Virus record (IMG/VR): IMGVR_UViG_3300031998_000032
Coordinates: 1-44,041 of that record
Length of the DNA stretch: 44,041 bases
Source: a virus
Taxonomy: Duplodnaviria > Heunggongvirae > Uroviricota > Caudoviricetes
Direction: 5' to 3' (one strand)
Shown here: positions 1 through 8,900 of the stretch, piece by piece
Layout: each line of letters starts with the position of its first letter
How positions within the stretch are numbered: the stretch's first letter is position 1
Notes under the pieces: generated by a model
Database searches by the model: none
Told to the model about the DNA's origin: nothing
What the model saw: only the letters and a program-made list of their open reading frames with translations
Made by a program: the position numbers and the translations under genes

Positions 1-351
1 TCCGATCTCGTGTCCAACATCGCAACCGTAACTGCTGTTGACGCCAGCGCTCCTGACTACGACATCCTGACCATGGATAACGTAGCTGAGGAAAGCACCG
101 CCTTCATCGCCGAGGGTGATGTCCTGGCTGAGGCTAAATCTGCAGAGGTTAAGAAGATCAAGGCTCTGCCCAACGGTCTGACCTACTGCGACAATGTTCT
201 TGGCGATAAGGCATACGCCATCGACATTGACTACATCTGGAATTGCATGGAGAAGCCCGTATTGGAGCGTCGTATGCCCCCTCTGACCGCCAGTCTGAAG
301 AAGGCCCTCCGCGACAACGAGTGCTATTTCCGTTTCTCAAACCGCAAGTAA
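1..351 (+). CDS. Capsid-associated (head decoration-like) protein, 5' truncated by the window
   Basis: Frame is open from base 1 to TAA at 349-351. It lies immediately upstream of the major capsid gene, the usual slot for a decoration protein. Function is inferred from position. Confidence 0.45.
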   Translation, partial: SDLVSNIATVTAVDASAPDYDILTMDNVAEESTAFIAEGDVLAEAKSAEVKKIKALPNGLTYCDNVLGDKAYAIDIDYIWNCMEKPVLERRMPPLTASLKKALRDNECYFRFSNRK

Positions 352-370
352 ACTTAAAGGAGATTAGATT

Positions 371-1525
371 ATGAGAGACCAAAAACTTTATGGACTTACA
401 GGTCTGCATGAGTTTGTAGACGCTGAGAACTTCGGTCTGATCCTCGATACTGTCAACGCCAAGTATAACAATGCTATATGGCGTCAGTTTGCTTCGTGGG
501 GACAGCCGTCAAACGAGAGAGAGTGGAAGCAGGGTGTCAAGAAGACTCCTATCCTGGTACGTGCCAGCATCCTCGGTACCCATTCCGAGAAGCCGCAGCG
601 TGCTACTCAGGGTTGGGAGATGTACGGAGGTACACTGCCCAAGTTGGGTCATGGCTTTAAGATTGATCAGGATGACCTGATCGAACTGCGTCGTGTCGCC
701 AACCTGAATAACACCACCTTTGGTGATCAGATCATCGATGCCTTCATTCAGAACTCCAGCAATATGCTCGGAGGTGTACATAACGAGCTTTCGTATATGA
801 CCCTGCAGGCTATGTCAACCGGAGAGATTCATGATGTTGCTGTCGATGGTTATCACTTCGACTTCAAGTTCCAGATCCCCGACGAGAACTTCGTGGCTCC
901 CGATAAAGATTGGTTCATTTGGGATACCTCCGGAGCCGAGCCTAAGCTCGTTCCGAATCCCGACGCCGACGTTATCGGAGACTTCCTCTTCCTGCAGAGA
1001 TATTACACCAAGACCCGTAATCTCGGTGTTGATCACTGGAAGTTGTCTGACAGACTGCTTGACATGATCTTGGTTCATCCGAGTGTTGTCAAGGCTTACA
1101 CAGCCAACAAGAACTTCTTCCATCCGAATGATGTGAAGGTTGTCCGCAACGACGTCCTCACATGGATGCACAACGACATGAAGATCTGGCCCTTCCAGGT
1201 GATTGATTTCCAGTCACGTCACGAGGAGGACGGTAAGCCTGTCGCTGATGCTCCTGCCTTCGACGAGCACAACCTTGTCGCTGCCACACGTCAGTATCGT
1301 CTCTTTGAGATGAAGTGCATGAACAGCGTCTACGTTGACCGTGTGAAGGCCGGTGGTCTGACCGCTTCTGACCGCTACTCATTTGTTGAGGACCGCATCG
1401 CAGTCCTGAACTCATGGAGTGAGCGTCCTATCGAGAATGTTGTAGACTGCGAGCTGTTCGCAGGTCCTGTCTTCAACAACGTGAACGACCACGGTATCGT
1501 AACCGTTTGGAAGGATCAGGCGTAA
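371..1525 (+). CDS. Major capsid protein (HK97-fold, lambda gpE-like family)
   Basis: 384-aa ORF with strongly biased codons, preceded by AAGGAG at 357-362. Size, position before head-tail genes and segments such as PKLGHGFKIDQDDL and HNELSYMTLQAMSTG resemble gpE-like capsid proteins of Bacteroidetes phages. Confidence 0.75.
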   Translation: MRDQKLYGLTGLHEFVDAENFGLILDTVNAKYNNAIWRQFASWGQPSNEREWKQGVKKTPILVRASILGTHSEKPQRATQGWEMYGGTLPKLGHGFKIDQDDLIELRRVANLNNTTFGDQIIDAFIQNSSNMLGGVHNELSYMTLQAMSTGEIHDVAVDGYHFDFKFQIPDENFVAPDKDWFIWDTSGAEPKLVPNPDADVIGDFLFLQRYYTKTRNLGVDHWKLSDRLLDMILVHPSVVKAYTANKNFFHPNDVKVVRNDVLTWMHNDMKIWPFQVIDFQSRHEEDGKPVADAPAFDEHNLVAATRQYRLFEMKCMNSVYVDRVKAGGLTASDRYSFVEDRIAVLNSWSERPIENVVDCELFAGPVFNNVNDHGIVTVWKDQA

Positions 1526-1536
1526 ACCCTTGACCG

Positions 1537-1950
1537 ATGGCCGAGAACGAGACACAAGTCTACAGCGTTGAGGATTATATCCGTGGCCTGTCAACCAACG
1601 CCAACGTCAGTGAGGATACCGTCAAAGGTGTCCTCGCCGACGCAGGTGTTGATGCCGGCACCCCGTTCTCCAATCTCACGGAGAAAGACAAGGATCTGAC
1701 TCAGGCTTACTTCTATATCCGTATCGCGATGAATCCCGTCTCGTCACAGCGCGTGACAGACAAAGACGGCGATTGGGAACATTCGGAAGGAAGCGAGCAA
1801 TGGTCTCCCTTGCAGATGCAGCAGTTCCTGCTGTTGGCCCGTGACCTGTTGAAGAAATGGGGTATCACCGACCAGCGCGTTGACACCTTGGCTCCCAAAT
1901 GGAAGTTCAAGGGCACGGGGTTCCGTAAGATAAGGAAATATTCGAGATAA
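1537..1950 (+). CDS. Head-tail adaptor/connector protein
   Basis: 137 aa directly after the capsid gene. The SVEDYIRGL...DL..AY.Y...TDKDGDWEHSEG pattern resembles Bacteroidetes phage adaptor proteins. Confidence 0.6.
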   Translation: MAENETQVYSVEDYIRGLSTNANVSEDTVKGVLADAGVDAGTPFSNLTEKDKDLTQAYFYIRIAMNPVSSQRVTDKDGDWEHSEGSEQWSPLQMQQFLLLARDLLKKWGITDQRVDTLAPKWKFKGTGFRKIRKYSR

Positions 1951-1955
1951 CCGCT

Positions 1956-2393
1956 ATGGCAAGAGTAAACAATCCGCGTTTCCCTCATACCTGTCGTATC
2001 CTGCGACGTCCTGAGAGCGACCCTATGAGCGATCAGCCGGGTACCGTCACCGACGACCCTATGACTGATAACCCGATGGCCGACGAGGAAGAGCAGGAGG
2101 TTGAACAGCAGAACCAAGAACAACAAGAACCCTCTTCGGAGGTTGTCGTGTTGTATGAAGGTGTTTGCAGGGGATACAACCGTGACACTACATCAGACAA
2201 CGGAGACGTCAATGCATCATATAGGAATCTCGCGTTGCCTCTCAAACAGGATGAGTGGACGGAGCAGAATATCCCACGCGAGGGCGACAAGATTGAACTC
2301 CATAAATTCGGTTACACTGAATACGGACAGATAATAGATATCCGTCCGAGTAATCTCGGAACTCACATCTTATGGAAGTATGTCAGGAATTAG
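1956..2393 (+). CDS. Head closure / head-tail joining protein
   Basis: Position in the neck module. Has NPRFPHTCRI...LYEGVCRGY and an acidic low-complexity insert (DPMSD..DPMTD..NPMADEEEQ). Confidence 0.5.
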   Translation: MARVNNPRFPHTCRILRRPESDPMSDQPGTVTDDPMTDNPMADEEEQEVEQQNQEQQEPSSEVVVLYEGVCRGYNRDTTSDNGDVNASYRNLALPLKQDEWTEQNIPREGDKIELHKFGYTEYGQIIDIRPSNLGTHILWKYVRN

Positions 2394-2919
2394 CCCATAT
2401 CAGGCGGCTCAGAAAGTCAAGGCTTTCCGTAAGGCCGTGATGGATGAGATCGAGAGGCGTTGTACTCAGTATTGCAGTGAGCTTTGTCTTGAAGCGATAG
2501 AACAACGTAAGAATGCGCCTGGAGCACATAACTTCACCGGAAACCTTATCAACTCGATTGTAGTTGGTCTGTACCGTGAAGGATTGCCCAAATACGCATA
2601 CTACTCGAAATCATATCTCGAGCCTGCCATTCAGGTTAAGATGACACGCTCCGGACGATATCACTTCGATCCCGATTATGACAGCACGAAATCCAATTAC
2701 GTGCCTACTGTCGAGACGAACAGAGGATGGGGAGAAGAAGATGCCGTAAGGTTTTTCCAATCCTACCGGCCGAAAGGCAAGAATATCTTCGATATCGTGG
2801 TTGCTTATCCCGTTGAGTATGCGGATTTCATTGAGAAACTTCGTCACACCACCGGTATATTGGCAACCTACGCTGAGGCTCAGAAAATAGCGAGAACTTA
2901 TTTATGTATCAACAATTGA
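2380..2919 (+). CDS. Neck/tail-completion protein (HK97 gp10-like)
   Basis: HNFTGNLINSIVVG and VAYPVEYA motifs typical of this family; position between head closure and tail terminator. Confidence 0.55.
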   Translation: MSGISPYQAAQKVKAFRKAVMDEIERRCTQYCSELCLEAIEQRKNAPGAHNFTGNLINSIVVGLYREGLPKYAYYSKSYLEPAIQVKMTRSGRYHFDPDYDSTKSNYVPTVETNRGWGEEDAVRFFQSYRPKGKNIFDIVVAYPVEYADFIEKLRHTTGILATYAEAQKIARTYLCINN

Positions 2920-2924
2920 CGACT

Positions 2925-3338
2925 ATGGCAGAAAAGAAGAGAACTCCGCTCTATCTCATCTACGATGATCTTTGTCAGCCGATGAAGGAAGTCGCAGAAA
3001 AAGTTTCTTTGGGTCGTCGTCCCAAGCAGACCAAGACCGAGCTGAAGACTTTTCTTGTCATCAATCTCGCTTCGAGGCTCCGCAACCTCATTGCAGGCGA
3101 CCTGACCAATATGCCGCAGTGCTATGGAACCATCACTGTCTTCTGCAAGGCCAAGGATGACGGAACCCTCAATATCGAGAGTCAATCTGATGTCGTTGAT
3201 GCAGTCATAAAGAAGTTCCCTATCTCCGGAGAGCATATTGCAGCCACCCGGCCGCAGATAATGATGGAAGGAGAAGATGGTTACGGCTATCAGGTAACGC
3301 AGATCTCGTTCACTATACGAGGTAAGAAATTCGATTAA
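2925..3338 (+). CDS. Tail terminator-like protein
   Basis: ATG at 2925 (ORF track starts at 2904). About 137 aa, immediately before the tail tube gene. Confidence 0.5.
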   Translation: MAEKKRTPLYLIYDDLCQPMKEVAEKVSLGRRPKQTKTELKTFLVINLASRLRNLIAGDLTNMPQCYGTITVFCKAKDDGTLNIESQSDVVDAVIKKFPISGEHIAATRPQIMMEGEDGYGYQVTQISFTIRGKKFD

Positions 3339-3356
3339 CTTCAAAACAATACAACT

Positions 3357-3977
3357 ATGAGCAAAGTAGCTAATTATCAGAACAAGGCATTCGTGGGTAT
3401 ATCCCACCTGTTCTTCATCAAAGGTGGCTTTGGTGATAACTTCGATATGACTGGTAAGTCTGCTGCCAATGGCGATATCCTCGAACTCCCTGTGGCTCAG
3501 GATGGCGGTTTCACCTACAACGGCGGAACACCGAGCATCGACCACTACAAGGTTCACGGCATCGCAGGCGACTGGACCAGCCGTATGACTCCCGGTGAGA
3601 CCGAGATCAACCTGTTCATCCCCACCATCAACGACGACGTTCTGGCCGCTTGCGGATTCCAGAGCATCTCTGATGTCGGTTCTACAGCTCTCGGCAAGGC
3701 TGTTATCAACGCCGGTGCCGGTGAGTACAAGTTCACTCCGTCAGCGGGTTACACCTTCGCTGAGACCCAGAAGGCTTTCTCAGTTGGTATCGCAGCCCTG
3801 AACGATGAGGCCAATCAGATGTTCGCCATCAAGAAGGTGAAGCTGATGGCTTCCATCCTATTCGACTCCGCCGACACCGCAAAGCCTATCGGTATCACCC
3901 TGACCGGCTCCAACGCCGCATCAAGTGCTCCCGATGCAATGGGTATCTTCGACGGCGTTACCGGCGAGGGCAACTAA
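3357..3977 (+). CDS. Major tail (tube) protein
   Basis: 206 aa, beta-rich, highly biased codons, followed by a terminator. No sheath gene lies nearby, which fits a non-contractile tail. Confidence 0.7.
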   Translation: MSKVANYQNKAFVGISHLFFIKGGFGDNFDMTGKSAANGDILELPVAQDGGFTYNGGTPSIDHYKVHGIAGDWTSRMTPGETEINLFIPTINDDVLAACGFQSISDVGSTALGKAVINAGAGEYKFTPSAGYTFAETQKAFSVGIAALNDEANQMFAIKKVKLMASILFDSADTAKPIGITLTGSNAASSAPDAMGIFDGVTGEGN

Positions 3978-3988
3978 ACATCAACCAG

Positions 3989-4030
3989 AAGGACGGTATA
4001 GGTGTTACAGCCTGTGCCGTCTTTCCTTTT
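3989..4030 (+). terminator. Intrinsic terminator after the tail tube gene
   Basis: AAGGACGGTATAGG-loop-CCTGTGCCGTCTTT forms a 14-bp stem with three G:U pairs, followed by CCTTTT. Confidence 0.65.
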
Positions 4031-4040
4031 ATCCGCAGGT

Positions 4041-5168
4041 ATGAAGATAGATTATATTATCCCGATGGTCTTCGACAACGACCTCAAATGGCGCGATTCA
4101 TTCCGTCAGTGTCATTGGATTAAATACGACTCCAATAACAACGTCACACGTTGGCGCAGTATGGGAACAGAGGAGCTGCTTGTGCGTTGCATAAGAGCTT
4201 TCATGCCGTTTGTCGGCACCATACATATCCTCTTGGCCCGCGAGAGTCAGAAAAGACCATGGATGGATAACTATGGTATCCATGTCGTGTATCATCACGA
4301 GTTTATACCGCCTCAGTACCTGCCCACCTTCAACAGCCGCACCATCGAGATGTTCTTGCATCGCATACCCGGGCTGCAGGAGCGCTTCATATACTCAAAT
4401 GATGATATGTTTCCTGTGTCGCCGATGCAGGAGTCGGATTTCTTTATTGAAGAAGGTCCGTGCCTGTACAAGCAGTATATGAAACTTCCTAAGGATTTCT
4501 CACAATTCGCATGGGTGTGTAAGGAAGAAACCCAACTTTTAGCGAAGTTATTTGGTGTAGATATAACAGAGGATACATGGATATCCCTCGGTCATGGCGT
4601 CACTCCTATGCTCAAGTCAACATATGAGAATGTATGGGATTTGTTCCCCGCCAACATCCTGGGTTCCATTACCCGGGACCGTGATTGGAAGAACTACAAC
4701 CAATATCTCTTCGCTTACTATCAGCTTTTTCACGGATCTGCTGTTGAGACAGCCAACAATACGTCGTATGCCGACAACACTATGCCACTTGCAGATGTGG
4801 AGAAAACCATCATGAATGCCAAGGGTATAGTATGTGTCAATGACGCTATAAAATCCAATGACTTTGAAAAATTCACCGCTGTAGTCTCGGCGGCTATCGA
4901 AAAGAGACTGCAAACATATTTGGAGAAAACAAATTATGGCAAAGGAACCGAAAATAACACAGCCGGAGATAGATGCGCAGATGCTACTCCTGTCTCTGAC
5001 AAACAACGACGCAACGGAGGTGACAATACTCCGCACGAAGAAAAAATACAAGATCAGGTGGCTGAAAAACGGCCAGTTGACAAGACTGACTCGCCTGCTC
5101 CTACACAAGAAAAACGTGGAAAAGGAGCAAAAAACAACGGGAAGCGACGTTTTAGATTCGATTCTTGA
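4041..5168 (+). CDS. Stealth-family hexose/HexNAc-1-phosphate transferase (CpsY/XcbA/SacB-like)
   Basis: All four Stealth conserved regions are recognisable: CR1 KIDYIIPMVFDND..W; CR2 HHEFIPPQYLPTFNSRTIEMFLHRIPGLQERFIYSNDDMF; CR3 HGVTPMLKS; CR4 IVCVND. The likely start is ATG 4041 (ORF track starts at 4002). Confidence 0.85.
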   Translation: MKIDYIIPMVFDNDLKWRDSFRQCHWIKYDSNNNVTRWRSMGTEELLVRCIRAFMPFVGTIHILLARESQKRPWMDNYGIHVVYHHEFIPPQYLPTFNSRTIEMFLHRIPGLQERFIYSNDDMFPVSPMQESDFFIEEGPCLYKQYMKLPKDFSQFAWVCKEETQLLAKLFGVDITEDTWISLGHGVTPMLKSTYENVWDLFPANILGSITRDRDWKNYNQYLFAYYQLFHGSAVETANNTSYADNTMPLADVEKTIMNAKGIVCVNDAIKSNDFEKFTAVVSAAIEKRLQTYLEKTNYGKGTENNTAGDRCADATPVSDKQRRNGGDNTPHEEKIQDQVAEKRPVDKTDSPAPTQEKRGKGAKNNGKRRFRFDS

Positions 5169-5451
5169 AGACAACAAGCTGGCTTGCAAAGCCGCTGCAA
5201 TCATCACCCTTGACGGCTATTGGAAACTCTTTTTTTGGTATTGGATCAGATGGAGGTGGTTCTATTATATCAGGCAGTATGACAATATACAGCTCGAACC
5301 GATACTTCTTGTCGGTAAAAAAAAAGTTCCGCTGATGCAATTCTACAGGACTACCATATCCTTGACCGAGGCAAGGGATACGCTGATGCAGATGAGGACG
5401 GCGGAAGTAGAAGCTACCCTTCTCGCACAAAGTACGGAGCAGCCTACTTAG
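4936..5451 (+). CDS. Tail assembly chaperone (gpG-like)
   Basis: 171 aa between tail tube and tape measure genes; contains GKKKVP encoded over an A9 run (5317-5325). Confidence 0.65.
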   Translation: MAKEPKITQPEIDAQMLLLSLTNNDATEVTILRTKKKYKIRWLKNGQLTRLTRLLLHKKNVEKEQKTTGSDVLDSILEDNKLACKAAAIITLDGYWKLFFWYWIRWRWFYYIRQYDNIQLEPILLVGKKKVPLMQFYRTTISLTEARDTLMQMRTAEVEATLLAQSTEQPT

Positions 5452-5759
5452 ACCGTAAGCAATGTCAGCACCTTCTGATGTCCCGCTATTTCTTCGGGAT
5501 ATGGGAGGTGCCTGAATGGGGCTACACATGGGGTCATACAGCGGCCCAGATCCAGCTCATATACACAGACTTCCCGCTCACCGTTTACAAGGCAAACAAA
5601 GAGAGACCCAAGCCCGGAGAAAAAGGTTATACCAAGACCGCAGAGGAAGCCGCTCGTGATTACGCACGATGGAAGGCCCGCAAGGAGGAAGAGAAGCGAA
5701 AAGGTATCTCGATTGATATGAATACGTTTCTTCAGACGGGAGAGAAGAAAAAAATCTGA
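5319..5759 (+). CDS. Tail assembly chaperone extension (gpT-like), probably reached by -1 frameshift
   Basis: The -1 frame is open from 5319 (just after TAA at 5316-5318) through the 5478-5759 ORF to TGA. Confidence 0.55.
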   Translation, partial: KKSSADAILQDYHILDRGKGYADADEDGGSRSYPSRTKYGAAYLDRKQCQHLLMSRYFFGIWEVPEWGYTWGHTAAQIQLIYTDFPLTVYKANKERPKPGEKGYTKTAEEAARDYARWKARKEEEKRKGISIDMNTFLQTGEKKKI

Positions 5760-5765
5760 CATACA

Positions 5766-5800
5766 TAATGGGGGCTTTTGGGTCTCCATTATTTGTTTTA
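5766..5800 (+). terminator. Intrinsic terminator before the tape measure gene
   Basis: TAATGGGGGC / GTCTCCATTA forms a 10-bp stem with two G:U pairs, followed by TTTGTTTTA. Confidence 0.6.
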
Positions 5801-5870
5801 TTTGGTAAAATCAGTTTATTACGTTTATATTTTATTGTGATGATTACCAATTTCATAGTAAACTATCCTT

Positions 5871-5878
5871 ACATTTGA
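5871..5878 (+). promoter_or_regulatory. Bacteroidetes -7 promoter box upstream of the tape measure gene
   Basis: TACATTTG matches TAnnTTTG, 27 nt before ATG 5906 in an AT-rich gap. No clear -33 TTTG was seen. Confidence 0.5.
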
Positions 5879-5905
5879 AACAATTAAACAACAAAACACG
5901 ATAAT

Positions 5906-8900
5906 ATGGATGCTCTTCAGTTTGAAACCGAGATAAAGGGCACAGCCCTGAGAACTTTAGAACAGATACAGACCATCTTGGAGTCTATATCAAAAAAAAC
6001 CACGATCACTCTCGCTGTTGAGGGATTCGAGGATTTCAAGAGGTTTATCCAAAGTGACGATTTCAAGAATATTGCGAAGAATATATCATCTGCATTCGGC
6101 GGCAAGAAAGCCCAGAATGTCGAGCAGTTCTTTACTAACCTGCGTAATGAAATAGAGAAAGTCAAGACGGCCCTGAAGACAGATGACTTCTCGACTTTCA
6201 TGAATCAGATCGAGCAGCTCACCAAGCAGTTCTCTAACCTGAGTACCGAGTATGAGCGTTTCCTCAAGAGTACCGGTACCAAGACAGGCTCCAACCTCAT
6301 GGGTAATATGTCGAAGGAACTCGGTGATATCAAAGGCACCATCACCCAGACTAAACTCGCAGACGGAAGCCTGCAGCAGTTGGAACAGACGACCCGCCGG
6401 GCCGAGAAAGCCAGCCGTGACTTTGAGAAGCAGCAGAAGAAACAGGAGGAGCAGACGCGCAGAACCAATGAAGAGACAAACAAGCAGTCATCGGCTATCA
6501 GTCAGCTTGAAAGTATGATGGGGCGTTACCTGTCCATTTACGCCGTCGGCCGTTTCGCATCAGAGATGGCACAAATAACCGGTGAGCTGGAACTGCAGAA
6601 ACGCTCTCTCGAGGTTATCATCGGTAATGCGTCGATGGCCAACGAGTTGTACGGCACCATACGTGATATGTCACAGATGTCACCGTACACCTTCCAGGAT
6701 TTGATGAAATCCACACGTCAGCTCTCTGCCTTCGGTATCGAGACAAAGGATCTGTACGGCACGATGAAAGCCCTGTCTGATATCGGCGCCGGTCTCTCCG
6801 TTGACGTGCAGCGACTCATCCTGGCTTATGGTCACACCCGTTCATACGGCTATCTTTCCGGTATTCAGAACCGTCAGTTTGAGACCGCCGGTATCGATAT
6901 GATCGGAGGCTTGGCAGACCGTTATAACCGTCTCGCCGACGCAGAGGAGCGTGCCGGCCGTGCCGCGGAACACGTCACACGTAAGGATGTGTTCAAACGT
7001 ATGGCAAAGCGTGACATCTCATTCGAGGATGTCAACGCAGTCATCATGGATCTGGACCGCGAAGGCGGTAAGTTCTTCAATATGCAGGAGCGTCAGTTTG
7101 AGACCTTGGGCGGTAAGCTGCGTAACCTGCGTAACAACTACAACATCATGATGTCGGAGATGGGTGAGCAGAACAAAGGCATACTACGTGCCGGCGTCAA
7201 CCTGCTCAACGAACTCACCGGCAATTGGGAAAAATACGGCGAAGTTATCAAAACCCTCATATGGCCTCTCGGTGCATTGAAGCTCGCCATGATTGCTGTC
7301 AATCAAACAGGTGTAGAAGGCGCAAAGATATTCAGTCGCGTGACATTACAGGGCGTACAAATAGGATTCGGAAAGATAACATCTTCCATAAAAAATATCC
7401 TGACATCTTCTACTACCTGGATTACCGCTGCCATTGCTGCTATAGCGGGTATCATCACCCATTTTACGTCTATGTCGCGTGAAGCCGAGCGCGTAGCCAA
7501 GAGTATGGCTGAGTCTGCCGAGCGTTCTGCTGCCGAAATAGATAGAATATTACAGAAGTACAATGGCGGTGCCATCAACATCTCGCCGACAAAAAGCTAT
7601 GTGAATGGTAGTGAAGTTACTACCAATAACATACAGTTCAACCGAGATGCCATGCGTTCGCTGAATCTCGGTTATGAGCTCGAGGAGCTGAAACGCAAGC
7701 TGCAATCCATGTCACCTTTCTACGAAGGAGATTTGGTGGATATATTCAAACTGCAGAGCCAGGAAGAACAGTTTGAGGCTATCATACGTAAGATGGAGAG
7801 TTACCGTCAGTCCGGGGATATCCTCTCCGCATACGAGGATGTCTTTGCAGATAGCAGTAAGGGAGGTTTCTTTAAAGGCATGGAGTCTTTGGAGACCAAC
7901 CTTAAAGATTATGCTGACAACATCACGCGCATAGGCAAGAGATTGCGTGAAATGCGCGATGATGATGTGCTGACACCCAACTTGGTTGACGGTTTCAATA
8001 AGGAACTTAACGGTATTTTGGGAGACGGCAATCTGGCTTCAAAAGTTGAAGAGTTGAGGAATTACTTCGTCAGCACACTTTCTTTGAGTGAGGACGACAG
8101 ATATCAGTTGTTCCTCTCATGGTCACAAGGTCTCAAAGATACTTATGTCAAAGCTATGGATCTTACCGGTAATGGCGCATACCAATCTCATGCTTCTTCC
8201 GGTAACCCATGGCGTTTCGGTGACCTCTTCAGAAAAAGTGCTGTAAAATCAAAGAGTGATCTTGAGGCTAACATTGAGAATGTCGCCAAAGGGTTGGAGA
8301 CTGCACTCGCTAATGTCGATAGCTATGAAACTCGTATCGCCACAATGCGTACCCGATTCACGTCGTCTATGGAGGGAGCCAATCTCAGTGCTGATGTGTC
8401 ACGCACACTGTTTGAATCCTTGCTTCGCAATGTCAGTGGCAGGCTGGGTAATGATGATTACACTCAGTTCCTGACAACTGAGTTTATGAGCGATTTCGGC
8501 AAGAGTATGTCCGATGCTATCAAGAATAATCCCAACTGGACGCAAGGGCAGGCTTTTGATGCAGCAGCGGGAATAGCCGGTAACATTAAAGAACAATGGA
8601 TACAGGCCGGTCGAGATGTTGCCTCTTTCTGGGGCGACGGTTTTGTGGAAGAATTGCAGACTTCGGCGAAATCAATGGTTTCTGTCCGTCAGGCATGGCA
8701 GGAGGAACTGCAGGGCGCATTCAAATATCAGGATGAGCAAGGTCAGGATCAATGGGGTTACTCGGAATTTTATAACGCATTCACCAACAGAGTGCGCGAA
8801 GCAACAGAATCCGATGATATAGGTACTTTCTTCGGTGAGACCATGAAGAAAGTGCATGATGACATGGCTAAAACAATAGAAAATCTCTTTAAGCCTGCGT

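Noticed and set aside
2020-2120. Short DPM repeats and an acidic run in the head-closure gene as a possible insertion element
   Set aside because: In frame, short and without terminal repeats; best read as a low-complexity loop.
4021-4045. Pyrimidine tract plus CAG/GTATG resembling a spliceosomal junction
   Set aside because: It is the terminator T tract followed by the Stealth start codon in a prokaryotic virus; coincidental.
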